Under the pieces are notes generated by a model, which saw nothing but the letters and a program-made list of their open reading frames with translations, was not told where the DNA came from and did no database searches. Position numbers and translations under genes: made by a program. A stretch of DNA of 64,000 bases from Bdellovibrionota bacterium. Its GTDB lineage: Bacteria > Bdellovibrionota_C > UBA2361 > JAFLCA01. Shown piece by piece: positions 39,326 to 49,224 of the stretch (position 1 is its first letter; each line of letters starts with the position of its first letter). The stretch is from positions 21,764 to 85,763 of the forward strand of contig JBIKUD010000002.1 of the NCBI GenBank assembly GCA_044347745.1, read 5' to 3'.

Positions 39326-39880
39326 TTAAGTCTTACTGCGATGCTGAAGCCAATCTTCTTTTCTTAGCTCGTAGAGCTCTTTCTCCGTTAAAGTGGGGTC
39401 CACAAAAGTATCTGGAACCGTTCTAAGGAACTTGGCACCAGTTTTTTCTTTTACTCGGCCCGAACGAGGGTTGCCCACTGCATTACTAAAAATTAATTTT
39501 TCAAATCCCAGTTCGTTAAAGGCGTAGTCCAGTATGGGGCGCACAGCTTCCGTCATATACCCGTTGCCCCAATACTTATGCCCCAACCAAAAGCCCCTAT
39601 TATCAGGATTTGCTTCGCGCCATAGATCCACCACACCAATTAGTTCATCTGGCTTCTCTTTTAGCGTAATTGCCCACACCCATTTATCTTTGCCCTGATT
39701 CGGAAGCACCCGTGTGCGCAGGAATTCGAGCACACCTCCTTTGGGATAAGGCCACGGCACGACAGATGCAAGGGTACGTACTACGTTGTAGTCAACGAAG
39801 TATCTTTCGTAAGCTGCTGCATCTGATTCAACAAGCTCACGCAAAACTAAGCGAGGTGTGTAAAAGGTAGGGATTGGCAT
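39326..39880 (-). CDS. RimJ/RimL-type GNAT acetyltransferase
   Basis: TPRLVLR, GFWLGHKYWGNGYMTEA, NPRSGRVKEKTG. Confidence 0.9.
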   Translation of the reverse strand: MPIPTFYTPRLVLRELVESDAAAYERYFVDYNVVRTLASVVPWPYPKGGVLEFLRTRVLPNQGKDKWVWAITLKEKPDELIGVVDLWREANPDNRGFWLGHKYWGNGYMTEAVRPILDYAFNELGFEKLIFSNAVGNPRSGRVKEKTGAKFLRTVPDTFVDPTLTEKELYELRKEDWLQHRSKT

Positions 39881-39957
39881 CTAGGCATTATAGCTCAGTG
39901 AGGCTCAGAACTCATCTGCCCCATTTTTATGCCGACAAGTTGCATTACTTGCCTAGA

Positions 39958-41202
39958 TTAACTTCGCCCGGAGCCCCGAAACCCTGCTGAAATAGAGTAG
40001 ACGCTTGTAGGCACAATACGCCACTCTTCGCCCGCATCAGGGGTAATGCCCGGAGTGTCGTTGGCAAGTGATAGAATCTTTTTAAAATCTCCATTATCTA
40101 TCATCATTTTTAGCTCTTCTCGAAGTGTTACGCGGACTGAATCGAGAACCGGCATCAATAGTTTACCCGTAAGTGCAGCAAGTGGAGCTCCAGCTGGCAA
40201 GGCAAAAGCCGCCGCATCTGATGCCTCTTCCCCTGAACCCAGCCTTAAATTCGACCGTCGGAACTCTTTTTTGGCATGATCTTCATCTCGTACACGCGAC
40301 GCGTTAAATTGCCTCAGAGCCTCAGCCTTTACAGGAGAGTCAAAGAGGCGTGCAAGTAATGCCTGGGCTCCAAAACTGTATTGCCCTACTAATTGTAAAG
40401 CATTTGGCAGCTTCCCATCCTCAGTAAGAAGGCTTCGATATCCACTACTGCGCGGCCCTTCAAGCGCAGATTCATTTAATGAAACTCGCGGGCTTATGCT
40501 TATATCCCCAACCTGATTTCCTTCGTCTACATATTTAAAGGAAATGCAAAAATTATCGTGCCTTCTTATTGAATCGGATGACATTGAGGACCTTGGCTTT
40601 TTATTTATTTCTAGCTGATATACTTCAACTATCCCCTCGTGTTTTCTTACAAGCACTGCGCCAAAGCCTTCATTACGCTCAACACTATACGGCTGAATAA
40701 ACTCGGAGACTGACCCAGCCCGCAACCGAAACTGACCGATGGCGTAGGGTGCCTTTTCGCCCATCACATTCCTTGCCATTCCAAAAAGATCGCTCGGGGC
40801 AGGAAGTGCTTGGTAGCCAGTAACACCGGCGGAAACACTTGGTGGCTTTAGGGCACTGATTCCTTCTTCCAACAATGCTGCCCGAACTTCTTTAGTTGTG
40901 TTTTGAGAACCAAGTTCCCGCAGGTACGTGAGTAGGTCATTTGGATCTGAAGGAACATTTTTTAGCCCCACAGAGCCTGCTAGACGAATGGCATCGCCCT
41001 TATTTCCGTCGCCAATCAAATCGACCAGCCGAGCAACAAACTGTGTCTGCCTCTCTGGCGGCATTGATTCAAATGAGTTCTGTATTCTATTCATAAGAGC
41101 ATGATCAAAAATTACTATTTTACGTGCCGAGGCAGTATCGCCCCTAGGTATTATGCTGGGTTTTTTTCCCAGCGTTTCATAAGCATGTTCGCTCCGCATC
41201 AC
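39958..41202 (-). CDS. Hypothetical protein, 414 aa
   Basis: Long ORF with GGAG SD; no motif recognised. Confidence 0.7.
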   Translation of the reverse strand: MMRSEHAYETLGKKPSIIPRGDTASARKIVIFDHALMNRIQNSFESMPPERQTQFVARLVDLIGDGNKGDAIRLAGSVGLKNVPSDPNDLLTYLRELGSQNTTKEVRAALLEEGISALKPPSVSAGVTGYQALPAPSDLFGMARNVMGEKAPYAIGQFRLRAGSVSEFIQPYSVERNEGFGAVLVRKHEGIVEVYQLEINKKPRSSMSSDSIRRHDNFCISFKYVDEGNQVGDISISPRVSLNESALEGPRSSGYRSLLTEDGKLPNALQLVGQYSFGAQALLARLFDSPVKAEALRQFNASRVRDEDHAKKEFRRSNLRLGSGEEASDAAAFALPAGAPLAALTGKLLMPVLDSVRVTLREELKMMIDNGDFKKILSLANDTPGITPDAGEEWRIVPTSVYSISAGFRGSGRS

Positions 41203-41520
41203 TCCGTATTAAACATGCTCTAAGCTTTCTAAGGTGTTGTAACTCTTGAAGAGATTCCCCGGCTTTCAGTAATTCAAATGAGCTCTACCTGGCATTTTGG
41301 CAGCCTTAGGCTTCGAGCTGAGCAGCGCTCCGCAGACCTTAAAAAAAGTGGGTTCCACGTGAAAATATCCAACCGCTATCCCTAATCCCCCACTTAAAGC
41401 ATCGGGCCAAAAGAGTCGATACCCCTAAGGCACTGAAAAGAATGCGTTCCCGCAAGAAACTGTTTAGCCAGCCTAAGCTGGCACCAAGATTGCATAATTT
41501 AGTGCGGCCTTTGAAATTAG

Positions 41521-43950
41521 GTGTTGCGGTTTGTGGTAAGTCTTCGCCCAGGTATAGCTTTTCTTATTTCGATACTCATATCGATAAGCACAGCTGTAGC
41601 TGCAGAGCAGCCCGCCTATCCCGGCAACCCTAAGGTCTACAGCCTCACAAAAAAGCAGAAAAACCTTATTAAGGGCGATAATCTTGCCTGCTACCATCGC
41701 AGCACGCGGAATCTTAGTACCTTAACCCGCATTAAGCGCGGAGACCTTAAGGACAATAGCTTCACGTTGAATCCTGTCAAAGCGAAAGACATTCGCGCAA
41801 ACCTTCAGCGCATGGTACGCAGCAATAAAGTTGCACCTTCAGCCAGAAAAAAGTTTGAAATTCTTTTCTACAAAAAGATGCTGGAGCATTTTAGTGAATG
41901 TAAAACCTGGACTGGGCCAGTTACACCTACGCCAACCCCAATAAGCACTCCTACTCCTGAGCCCGGACTAACCCCGACCGCTGCTCCAACAGGCACCGCC
42001 AACGGCAACATCTCTGACCTGGAACCAACACGAACACCGGACCCAACAGCTACGGTTTCTGCCACAAATACTGCAACACCAACACGAACAGCCACACGTA
42101 CTCCAACTGCAACGGCAACCAGCGTGGTCACAAATACCCCAACACGCACCCCTACCCCAACTGCAACACGTACGCCGACTGCAACTGCAACCCGCACTCC
42201 CACTGTGACTAGTGTGGCCACAATTACCCCGACAAGAACCCCAACACCAACTGCAACTCGCACCCCAACTGCAACCGCAACCAGAACTCCCACACCAAGT
42301 GCTACCGCTACGCCAACTGTAACCGCAACACCAACCCGAACGAGCACCCCCACAGCCACGCCAACCGCCACTGCCACTTCATCTTCCGGATTTCCCCGGG
42401 CACCAACCTCAGTGGTAAACAGTCTTACCTATGACAACATTACCGTTTACTTTGATAGGCCAGTGACCATTGCCTATTACGCCACTGGAGAACCAGCAGC
42501 ATTAGCGCCGTTTGCAATTACCGCCGTAGACCCAGCCCCAATTGACCAAACCGTCATGGGACAAACAGGCCGCCTGACACCAGCTCTTGGAATGCCCTAT
42601 GGATGTATACAAGACGAAACATTCTGGAATACCCATTGTAACGAATATGACCGCACCATGTATGACGCCAAGTGCGGACCAGATTCATCGGCTTGCTACT
42701 ACGACAGGCGGCGACACTTAAGCCTTCTTAATCCTATTCCGGGACAAGTGCAGAGTGTAACCAGCCGCGCCGGAGGCTCTCCTGGCCTTGGAGTTACCTA
42801 TCCCCGACTATTTAACAGCAGTTTAACTGAATCACTCGTACTTACGCGCAGTGTTCCAGATGCACGAGAATGCACCCCGGCTGGCACAAGCGTAGCTGGC
42901 TACTATGATCATAAAAATCGCTGCAACTGGTCCGGCGTTCGGAATGCTTTTGTATTCACCATTGTGCCCAACGCTGACGCATTGCCTTACACCGATGAAT
43001 TGCGCCCACCTTATCCGCGCATGGTGCCAGCTAATTCGCAAAAACCGAGAATTTTACTCCGTAACCTCAACACAACGTACCTTTCTATTGCATTGCCCAC
43101 CGTGTCTAACATAGCACCCTATGCAGCAGCGCTGCGTGGAGTTCAAAAGACATGGCTCGTTGACGCAGCTGCAGAAGGTTATACAAGAACTTCTCCAAAC
43201 CAGAACATGAGCTCCTACGGCACCGCCGTCAGCATGGATATGGGAGACGCCATGCTTTGGCTCGTCAGTGCCGGCATCTCGCTACAACAAAAAATTGATA
43301 TAGCAAAACACATTATTCAAATTGGATTTGATGCCTACTACGCCACTGAAGCCGGCAAAGCGTATGTCAGCAACTGGCCAGGTTATATTGGAGCCAATGG
43401 ACACGCCGGATACGGACAAATAGCTCCCATCGTAGTTGCTGGCGCTTTGATGCAGCAAAACAATCTGCGCGACTATGTGCTTCAGGGCACCAATAAATTT
43501 CTGTTCCGTAAAACCTGCGGACCAATTTATGACGCACCAGCAAATCCGATGTATTTAGGAATCAACAACTTCCCGCGCTACAACTCCAATTTTCCATGTA
43601 CCACCTGGCCAACCGGAAACTGGGATCGCAACACCTACAACAATTACTATTTTTGCTGCGGACCAAGCGCCTGGGTTGGAGAATTTTTGGTGCTCAGACT
43701 CTTAGGGCTCGAAAGCTCTTTTGCAAACTCAGCAATCTTTGATTTGCTCGATCGCGTATACAACGAAGGTTATGTTTCTGGGGCCCATTCCTCTCCCGGA
43801 GCCATGGCCAGCTGGACCGCCTATAGCAATTTCCCAAATCTTTGTGCCAACGGAGCACAAAATAAATGTCACCCTGGATGGTGTAACTCGCTTTCTGGGC
43901 CACCATATACCCCAGCTGAAACCAGCATAGACGTTGGGCCAGCTTGTTAG
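41521..43950 (+). CDS. Secreted protein with Pro/Thr-rich linker and Cys-containing C-terminal domain
   Basis: Signal peptide (AVA-AE), basic N-domain, ~150-aa TPT linker, aromatic-rich globular domain. Confidence 0.8.
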   Translation: MLRFVVSLRPGIAFLISILISISTAVAAEQPAYPGNPKVYSLTKKQKNLIKGDNLACYHRSTRNLSTLTRIKRGDLKDNSFTLNPVKAKDIRANLQRMVRSNKVAPSARKKFEILFYKKMLEHFSECKTWTGPVTPTPTPISTPTPEPGLTPTAAPTGTANGNISDLEPTRTPDPTATVSATNTATPTRTATRTPTATATSVVTNTPTRTPTPTATRTPTATATRTPTVTSVATITPTRTPTPTATRTPTATATRTPTPSATATPTVTATPTRTSTPTATPTATATSSSGFPRAPTSVVNSLTYDNITVYFDRPVTIAYYATGEPAALAPFAITAVDPAPIDQTVMGQTGRLTPALGMPYGCIQDETFWNTHCNEYDRTMYDAKCGPDSSACYYDRRRHLSLLNPIPGQVQSVTSRAGGSPGLGVTYPRLFNSSLTESLVLTRSVPDARECTPAGTSVAGYYDHKNRCNWSGVRNAFVFTIVPNADALPYTDELRPPYPRMVPANSQKPRILLRNLNTTYLSIALPTVSNIAPYAAALRGVQKTWLVDAAAEGYTRTSPNQNMSSYGTAVSMDMGDAMLWLVSAGISLQQKIDIAKHIIQIGFDAYYATEAGKAYVSNWPGYIGANGHAGYGQIAPIVVAGALMQQNNLRDYVLQGTNKFLFRKTCGPIYDAPANPMYLGINNFPRYNSNFPCTTWPTGNWDRNTYNNYYFCCGPSAWVGEFLVLRLLGLESSFANSAIFDLLDRVYNEGYVSGAHSSPGAMASWTAYSNFPNLCANGAQNKCHPGWCNSLSGPPYTPAETSIDVGPAC
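41917..42378 (+). repeat. Coding low-complexity [10 protein letters not shown] repeats
   Basis: Repeated [23 protein letters not shown] units with synonymous codon variation. Confidence 0.85.
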
Positions 43951-43993
43951 CTTCTAGAAACACTGCTTAGGCACCTTCAACCTTTATTCCAGC

Positions 43994-46900
43994 TTAACCA
44001 TTGTAGACAAAGGCGCTCACGAGCTGGGTTACTCCACCAGCAGTAGTCACCTCAATGTCTACTGGCTTAGGCCTATTGGCAGTTGCTGGGTAATTGGTGG
44101 GCATAGTTACCTGCAGCGTATCCCCACCTAAAATTTGATACTTGGCTTTTAACCTTCCCACGCGAACTAGAGAGGTGGTGTCGAAATTTGCACCTTTGAT
44201 TATAACAACTACCCCCTCACCATTTGGCAGCGCCGTAGGCCCATACGCAGGAATAACCTGGGTGATTACCGGCGCAGGTAGTAGGTTTAACGTTGAGATT
44301 GCTGGAAGCGCAATCGCAATTTGCCCAAAGTTTGCCAAAGTCTGACCAAGAGCAGGATCAACTAAGCGAATATTCCCTAAAGAAAGACCAGTTCTTGGCA
44401 ATGTGTGAAGCAAGGTCAGCGGAATCACTAAGTCAGCCAAGTAGGTTCCCGGTGCCGCAACTGTAAGCACCGTATCTAACGATTGGTTCACCACATTTGG
44501 TCCCGCCAAATCTCCTATGAGCCTAAATGTACCGGCAGCAATCGCGTTCACCGTAAATCTGAGTCTCCAAGCATCAACTCGCCCTGTTTGCGGATTTAAC
44601 ACCATTTGCTGCGACACAGTTGGCGCAATGGTGGCGGCGTTTGAAATAACTTCAAATGAGTTTTCAGAACTACGCATAATAGGCCAGCCAGCCCACACAT
44701 AACTTGCGTAGTTACTAATTCTATAAAAGCCAGCTTGGGCCGTGCCGGTAAAATAGTTTGCATAGGTGCCATTATTTGCAGCGCCGTCTCCGTGTAGCCC
44801 ATCGTCAAAAAGATCAAGCTGAGTCTGAGCGCCATCCGGTGCAGTTATCACCGTGCTAATTGTTCCACTATTGGGTGCTATGACGCCTCCAGACGCCCCA
44901 CGCATCTTGGCAATAACAGTGACTGTGGCATTAGGCGGATAACTCTCGAGGTTTGTTGAACCAGTTAAAAACCTCTTATTAAGAAAGCCAATTCTTCCGT
45001 AAGCCTCGGCAGGACCAGTAGAGCTAAGTCTCAGCTTTCGTACTCCCGTGCCATTTATATCCACGTCAAACGACTCTGTGTACCAGCCACTACCCGATGG
45101 CGACACAACGCGATTTAACTTAGGGTATACCGTTGCTCCCGTATTGTTGGTTACCTCAATTGAAGCATTAGCATCTGAAATATCGAATTCAAAGTGAATT
45201 GCTCCAAACGAATCGACCTGAAATGTATAGTTAACGCTTCCGGAAGCTAGCAAGGACAACTTGGTATCAAGCTTCCCAAATGGAGTTGTATCAGCTGGCG
45301 GCTGAACCCCACACCCATAAGCGGCGTATCTAGAATCCATTGGGTCCGCAGAGAATTCTGCCTGCGTGCTGCTTGCACCAGGATCTAGTGCAGTTCCAAT
45401 TGCGGGCCTGCCGCCGTCGGCAAAAAAGCGCGCGGCCGTTACAATATCTCTGGTAATTGTTTGAAGAGAATGATTGCCCTCTGGAACCAAAAGCTCCCAG
45501 CCACCAGCAAACCGCGCACAGTGACCATTAGGGCCACCATCGTAACGTGATGTACCCATGGTTCTGCCAACCCCAAGTGCCGAAGAATCTGGGGAAATAA
45601 CTTCGCATAAAGGATTTAACGGGCTACATCCACTATCAGATAAGAATAGATGATTTGCACTCGTAGACAAAAAGTTTGAATAGTTCCAACCCTTACTGTT
45701 TGGAGCGGTCAAATCGAATGGTGAGGTGCCATTAATACTTCTTTCTCTAAAAAAATTAGAGCGATTTAAACTACTAAATACATTGCTTCCTCCATGCACA
45801 CCATCAAAGCTGACGTACCGATTGATAAGCGGATAGGGCTGACGAAGCGCCATAAAGCCGCGTGAAATGATACCGCCATAGCTATGCGCAGAAATGTTGA
45901 GCGGAACACTATTTACCTCGTTACCTTGAGTGATAGCCTCAAGCGAAGGCTTCACTCGATCTTGGATATAATCGTTCAACCTACCGATGTTACTATAGAC
46001 TCCTCGTTCCGTTAACTTTAGTGGCGCATTATCATAGCCCCATGAGACGCCATCGCTAGCCCATGAAGTAGGCACACTGGGGCCTCCAGATGGCATGGCA
46101 TAAAGTAGGAACGACGGGATGGGCCTCCGACCCAGGGAAGGAATACCCCTTTTCACGTACTGGTCCGCTGACGACCCTGCCGAATCGAGCGCCAAAAAAT
46201 CTCTAAAACTTGAAACACTTGAAGCTATGCCATTAACCGTTCCAAGCACCCCGGGCTGAAAAACAATTGGCGAAGGGAAATAAATAGTTCTATCGAGCTT
46301 TCCCGACCTTAAAGGCGACAGAGGGTCCCAGCCGGGATAATTTGAAATTGTTCGAATATTAAGATTGGGTAACCCGGTGTCCTCAGCGTAATCTACAGAT
46401 GCCCTAATTCCACGCATAATTTCTCCAGGTTGCAACGGAGCGCTAAAATACTCCCGCGGAATAAGGAATTTGCCCTGCGAATCGCTACGGCGAATTGAAG
46501 AAAGCGGATCTGCTGGAAGAGGATTAAAAACCGGAAACGACTCGCTGCCCGAAACCCAGTAGGCCGAAATAAGCGCGTTTGTAATTCCCTTCACCGGCAC
46601 CGCTGGCGCTTGCCACCTCACCCGCCCCTGACATTTATCTACCTTACCGTCGCCACCAAATTCGGCACTTGAATCGAGACTAGGATTTGCAAGAATCTGA
46701 AGACTATCCCACACCCCATTATCATCGCAGTCTGTTTGGCAGTTATCATTCACTCCAGGAACAATTGTTTGAGGAATGTTGTTCACTAAAGAATCACAGC
46801 TATCTGATACGCCATCTAAGTTACAATCTGCGGCTTGGTTGTTGACCGTGCTATAAATAAATTTCCACTGCCAATCGAAAAAGGCAGTTGATTGCCAAAA

Positions 46901-47578
46901 CGAAGAGTAAACCCAAAGAGTACTGCCCAAAAACTCCATGTAGCATTGAGAAGTGAGCATCAAATTAAAAGGATAATATCCCCAAGGCGCACCAAAGGCG
47001 GTGGCGGGTAGCGTTTGATTAAGCACCCCAGATGCAGAGTTTGTGCGAGTGAAGCCAGAAGTGCCGCTGTAATCGGTAATTCCATCATATCCCGATACGT
47101 ACACACCACTTAAGGTTGAGCTCTGAGTAAACGGAGTAAAATATTGCGCCCCCGCGTGAGTGGTGCTGGCATTAAGGGCCATACCATGAACGGGAGTGAC
47201 AACTGATGCCCCCCAACCCGTAAGCAATTCTAATCCACCAGTAAGGGAACACTGCATATTCACCCCAAGCCTCGCTTCAATAAGCGTGGCCGTACCCTGC
47301 CCGTCTGGAAAATTTGGAGTGGGCAACTGCTCCCACGCAGCAGGAAAACTAATAAGAGGAATGGTAGCCGTGGGCACACCACTAAAAGTTGGCGGAAAGC
47401 CAGGATAAAAAAACTGATTAAGACTGGTTGTGCCTGTCTGAGTACGAGAAAAACACTCTTCAAGTTGCGCCTCGCTCGTAGCCACTTGCCCAAACAAAAA
47501 TAGGAACGAGAAAGTTAAAATAAACTTAAACTGAGCACAGTGACGTTCAGCCAGGCCGAATACGAATGAGGTTTGCAT
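43994..47578 (-). CDS. Large secreted multidomain alpha/beta hydrolase (lipase-like)
   Basis: Signal peptide; DCNLDGVSDSC/DCDDNGVWD Ca-binding repeats; PGVLG, AHSYGG, GVHGGS; LFDDGLHGDGAANNGTY; C-terminal IPT/TIG. Confidence 0.8.
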   Translation of the reverse strand: MQTSFVFGLAERHCAQFKFILTFSFLFLFGQVATSEAQLEECFSRTQTGTTSLNQFFYPGFPPTFSGVPTATIPLISFPAAWEQLPTPNFPDGQGTATLIEARLGVNMQCSLTGGLELLTGWGASVVTPVHGMALNASTTHAGAQYFTPFTQSSTLSGVYVSGYDGITDYSGTSGFTRTNSASGVLNQTLPATAFGAPWGYYPFNLMLTSQCYMEFLGSTLWVYSSFWQSTAFFDWQWKFIYSTVNNQAADCNLDGVSDSCDSLVNNIPQTIVPGVNDNCQTDCDDNGVWDSLQILANPSLDSSAEFGGDGKVDKCQGRVRWQAPAVPVKGITNALISAYWVSGSESFPVFNPLPADPLSSIRRSDSQGKFLIPREYFSAPLQPGEIMRGIRASVDYAEDTGLPNLNIRTISNYPGWDPLSPLRSGKLDRTIYFPSPIVFQPGVLGTVNGIASSVSSFRDFLALDSAGSSADQYVKRGIPSLGRRPIPSFLLYAMPSGGPSVPTSWASDGVSWGYDNAPLKLTERGVYSNIGRLNDYIQDRVKPSLEAITQGNEVNSVPLNISAHSYGGIISRGFMALRQPYPLINRYVSFDGVHGGSNVFSSLNRSNFFRERSINGTSPFDLTAPNSKGWNYSNFLSTSANHLFLSDSGCSPLNPLCEVISPDSSALGVGRTMGTSRYDGGPNGHCARFAGGWELLVPEGNHSLQTITRDIVTAARFFADGGRPAIGTALDPGASSTQAEFSADPMDSRYAAYGCGVQPPADTTPFGKLDTKLSLLASGSVNYTFQVDSFGAIHFEFDISDANASIEVTNNTGATVYPKLNRVVSPSGSGWYTESFDVDINGTGVRKLRLSSTGPAEAYGRIGFLNKRFLTGSTNLESYPPNATVTVIAKMRGASGGVIAPNSGTISTVITAPDGAQTQLDLFDDGLHGDGAANNGTYANYFTGTAQAGFYRISNYASYVWAGWPIMRSSENSFEVISNAATIAPTVSQQMVLNPQTGRVDAWRLRFTVNAIAAGTFRLIGDLAGPNVVNQSLDTVLTVAAPGTYLADLVIPLTLLHTLPRTGLSLGNIRLVDPALGQTLANFGQIAIALPAISTLNLLPAPVITQVIPAYGPTALPNGEGVVVIIKGANFDTTSLVRVGRLKAKYQILGGDTLQVTMPTNYPATANRPKPVDIEVTTAGGVTQLVSAFVYNG

Positions 47579-47803
47579 AAATAACTTTTTAAAAGTTACA
47601 AAGGTAAGTAGAACCTGTCCCTTCTACGCCAGAGATTTACGCGACTCAATCACTATCTATAATTTGCCGACCTTAGAGCTTAATGAGGCTACTTTTTTGA
47701 TTTTTAGGCACTTTTTTGGTGAATTAAAAATATTGCCCAGAGATTTTTGAATTTGTTCGCCTTATGCTCCCCCAATTGGGCGCACTACATTTACTTGCGC
47801 TAA

Positions 47804-47839
47804 ATATCGGATAGGTATAATATTAAAGCTATCCGATAT
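47804..47839. promoter_or_regulatory. Inverted-repeat operator around the fic -10 box
   Basis: ATATCGGATAG-N14-CTATCCGATAT flanks TATAATAT and reaches the ATG; TTGCGC -35 at 47795. Confidence 0.7.
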
Positions 47840-48752
47840 GGCACAAAAAATACTCGAAAGAATTGAAACTAAAAAGCAGCAGCTTGCAAAGCTACGTCCG
47901 CTGCCCCAAGCAGCATTAAAACGCCTTAAATCTGAACTAGCTATCGAGTGGACCTACAATTCCAACGCTATTGAAGGCAACACTCTCACGTTACAGGAAA
48001 CTAGATTGGTTCTTGAGCAGGGAATTACCATAAAAGGCAGAAATCTCCGTGAACACTTTGAGGCAAAGAACCATGAGAAGGCAATCTACTATGTCGAGGA
48101 ACTGGCTAAACCGAAATATATTCTGAAGGAAAAGGACATTTTCGGCATTCATAGCTTGGTATTAGAGAATATAGAATCCGAATTTGCGGGAAGATATAGA
48201 AACGGGCAAGTTCGCATACTAGGAGCAAATTTTATTCCGCCCAATTTTACAAAAGTCAGCCGACTTATGAATGAGTTGGTAAATTATGCAAACGTGAATC
48301 CGGACAAGCTCAATCATGTTGAGTTAGTATCTAGATTTCATCATCAATTTGTCTGGATCCACCCCTTCTTTGATGGCAATGGAAGAACTGCTCGCCTATT
48401 AATGAATCTATTACTGATGAAGTTCGAATACCCTCCTGCGATCGTTCTCAAGAACAATAGAAAACAGTATTACCGCGCGCTTAACGACGCAAACAAAGGA
48501 GATTACAAAGCTTTTATTCTGTTAATTGCTCAAGCTTTGGAACGATCGCTAGATTTGTATCTTGAAAGCTGTGGGGCGCTAGGAACCGACGAATATGTTC
48601 CGTTATCTGTTCTAGCGAAAAAACTTCCTTACTCTCAGGAATATTTGAGCCTGCTTGCTCGGCAAGGAAAGATCGATGCGCATAAGAAAGCAAGAAACTG
48701 GCTGGCAACTGAAAAGTCGGTAGCGGACTACCTAAGCAGCCTGAAAAAATAA
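47838..48752 (+). CDS. Fic-family protein with C-terminal HTH-like extension
   Basis: HPFFDGNGRTARL; N-terminal inhibitory SNAIEGN; YSQEYLSLLARQGKI tail. Confidence 0.93.
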   Translation: MAQKILERIETKKQQLAKLRPLPQAALKRLKSELAIEWTYNSNAIEGNTLTLQETRLVLEQGITIKGRNLREHFEAKNHEKAIYYVEELAKPKYILKEKDIFGIHSLVLENIESEFAGRYRNGQVRILGANFIPPNFTKVSRLMNELVNYANVNPDKLNHVELVSRFHHQFVWIHPFFDGNGRTARLLMNLLLMKFEYPPAIVLKNNRKQYYRALNDANKGDYKAFILLIAQALERSLDLYLESCGALGTDEYVPLSVLAKKLPYSQEYLSLLARQGKIDAHKKARNWLATEKSVADYLSSLKK

Positions 48753-48935
48753 TTTTGGAAATGCCCCGCCGGGCACTATGGCGGGACATGCTGTCGGAGC
48801 CACCTTCGCTCTGTTGTGCAGGGAAATTACGTTAAGAGAATGGCATTAGGCGGGCTTCAAGAATGCATTTTGCACTTGGGTTTTGCTCACGAGTTGAATT
48901 TGCTACGGCTGCTGTATTTAGCTAATATTAAAATT

Positions 48936-49211
48936 AATATACCGCTCACGAAATGAATTTCCGTCTTTAGCCGCACAAGGCCTGAGGTGAGCGGTATAAC
49001 GCGAGGCGGAGCCGAGCCAGGGGCAAATATACTGAGCGCAAAAAAAGAGACTATCACCCGCAGGGCGTCCATTTTATTTAGTCTTTAGCGGAGTTAATTT
49101 TTATATTCTGTGAGCGGTATATTTGTTGATGGCTACGGCTTCGCCTCCGCGGATATACTTCGCGATGCAAAGTCAGTGATAGTGGCGGAAATTCAAACTG
49201 CGCTCAGTATA
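48936..49211. repeat. Nested inverted-repeat (MITE/REPIN-like) element
   Basis: AATATACCGCTCAC (48936) vs GTGAGCGGTATA (48987, 49110); TATACTGAGCGCA (49028) vs TGCGCTCAGTATA (49199). Confidence 0.65.
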
Positions 49212-49224
49212 ACTGGTAAAACGT

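Noticed and set aside
39884-39910. tRNA-like GGCATTATAGCTCAGT
   Set aside because: No cloverleaf; it is explained by the minus-strand -10 box of the GNAT gene
41868-42377. Antisense Val/Gly/Ala ORF
   Set aside because: Mirror of the Thr/Pro repeat codons on the + strand
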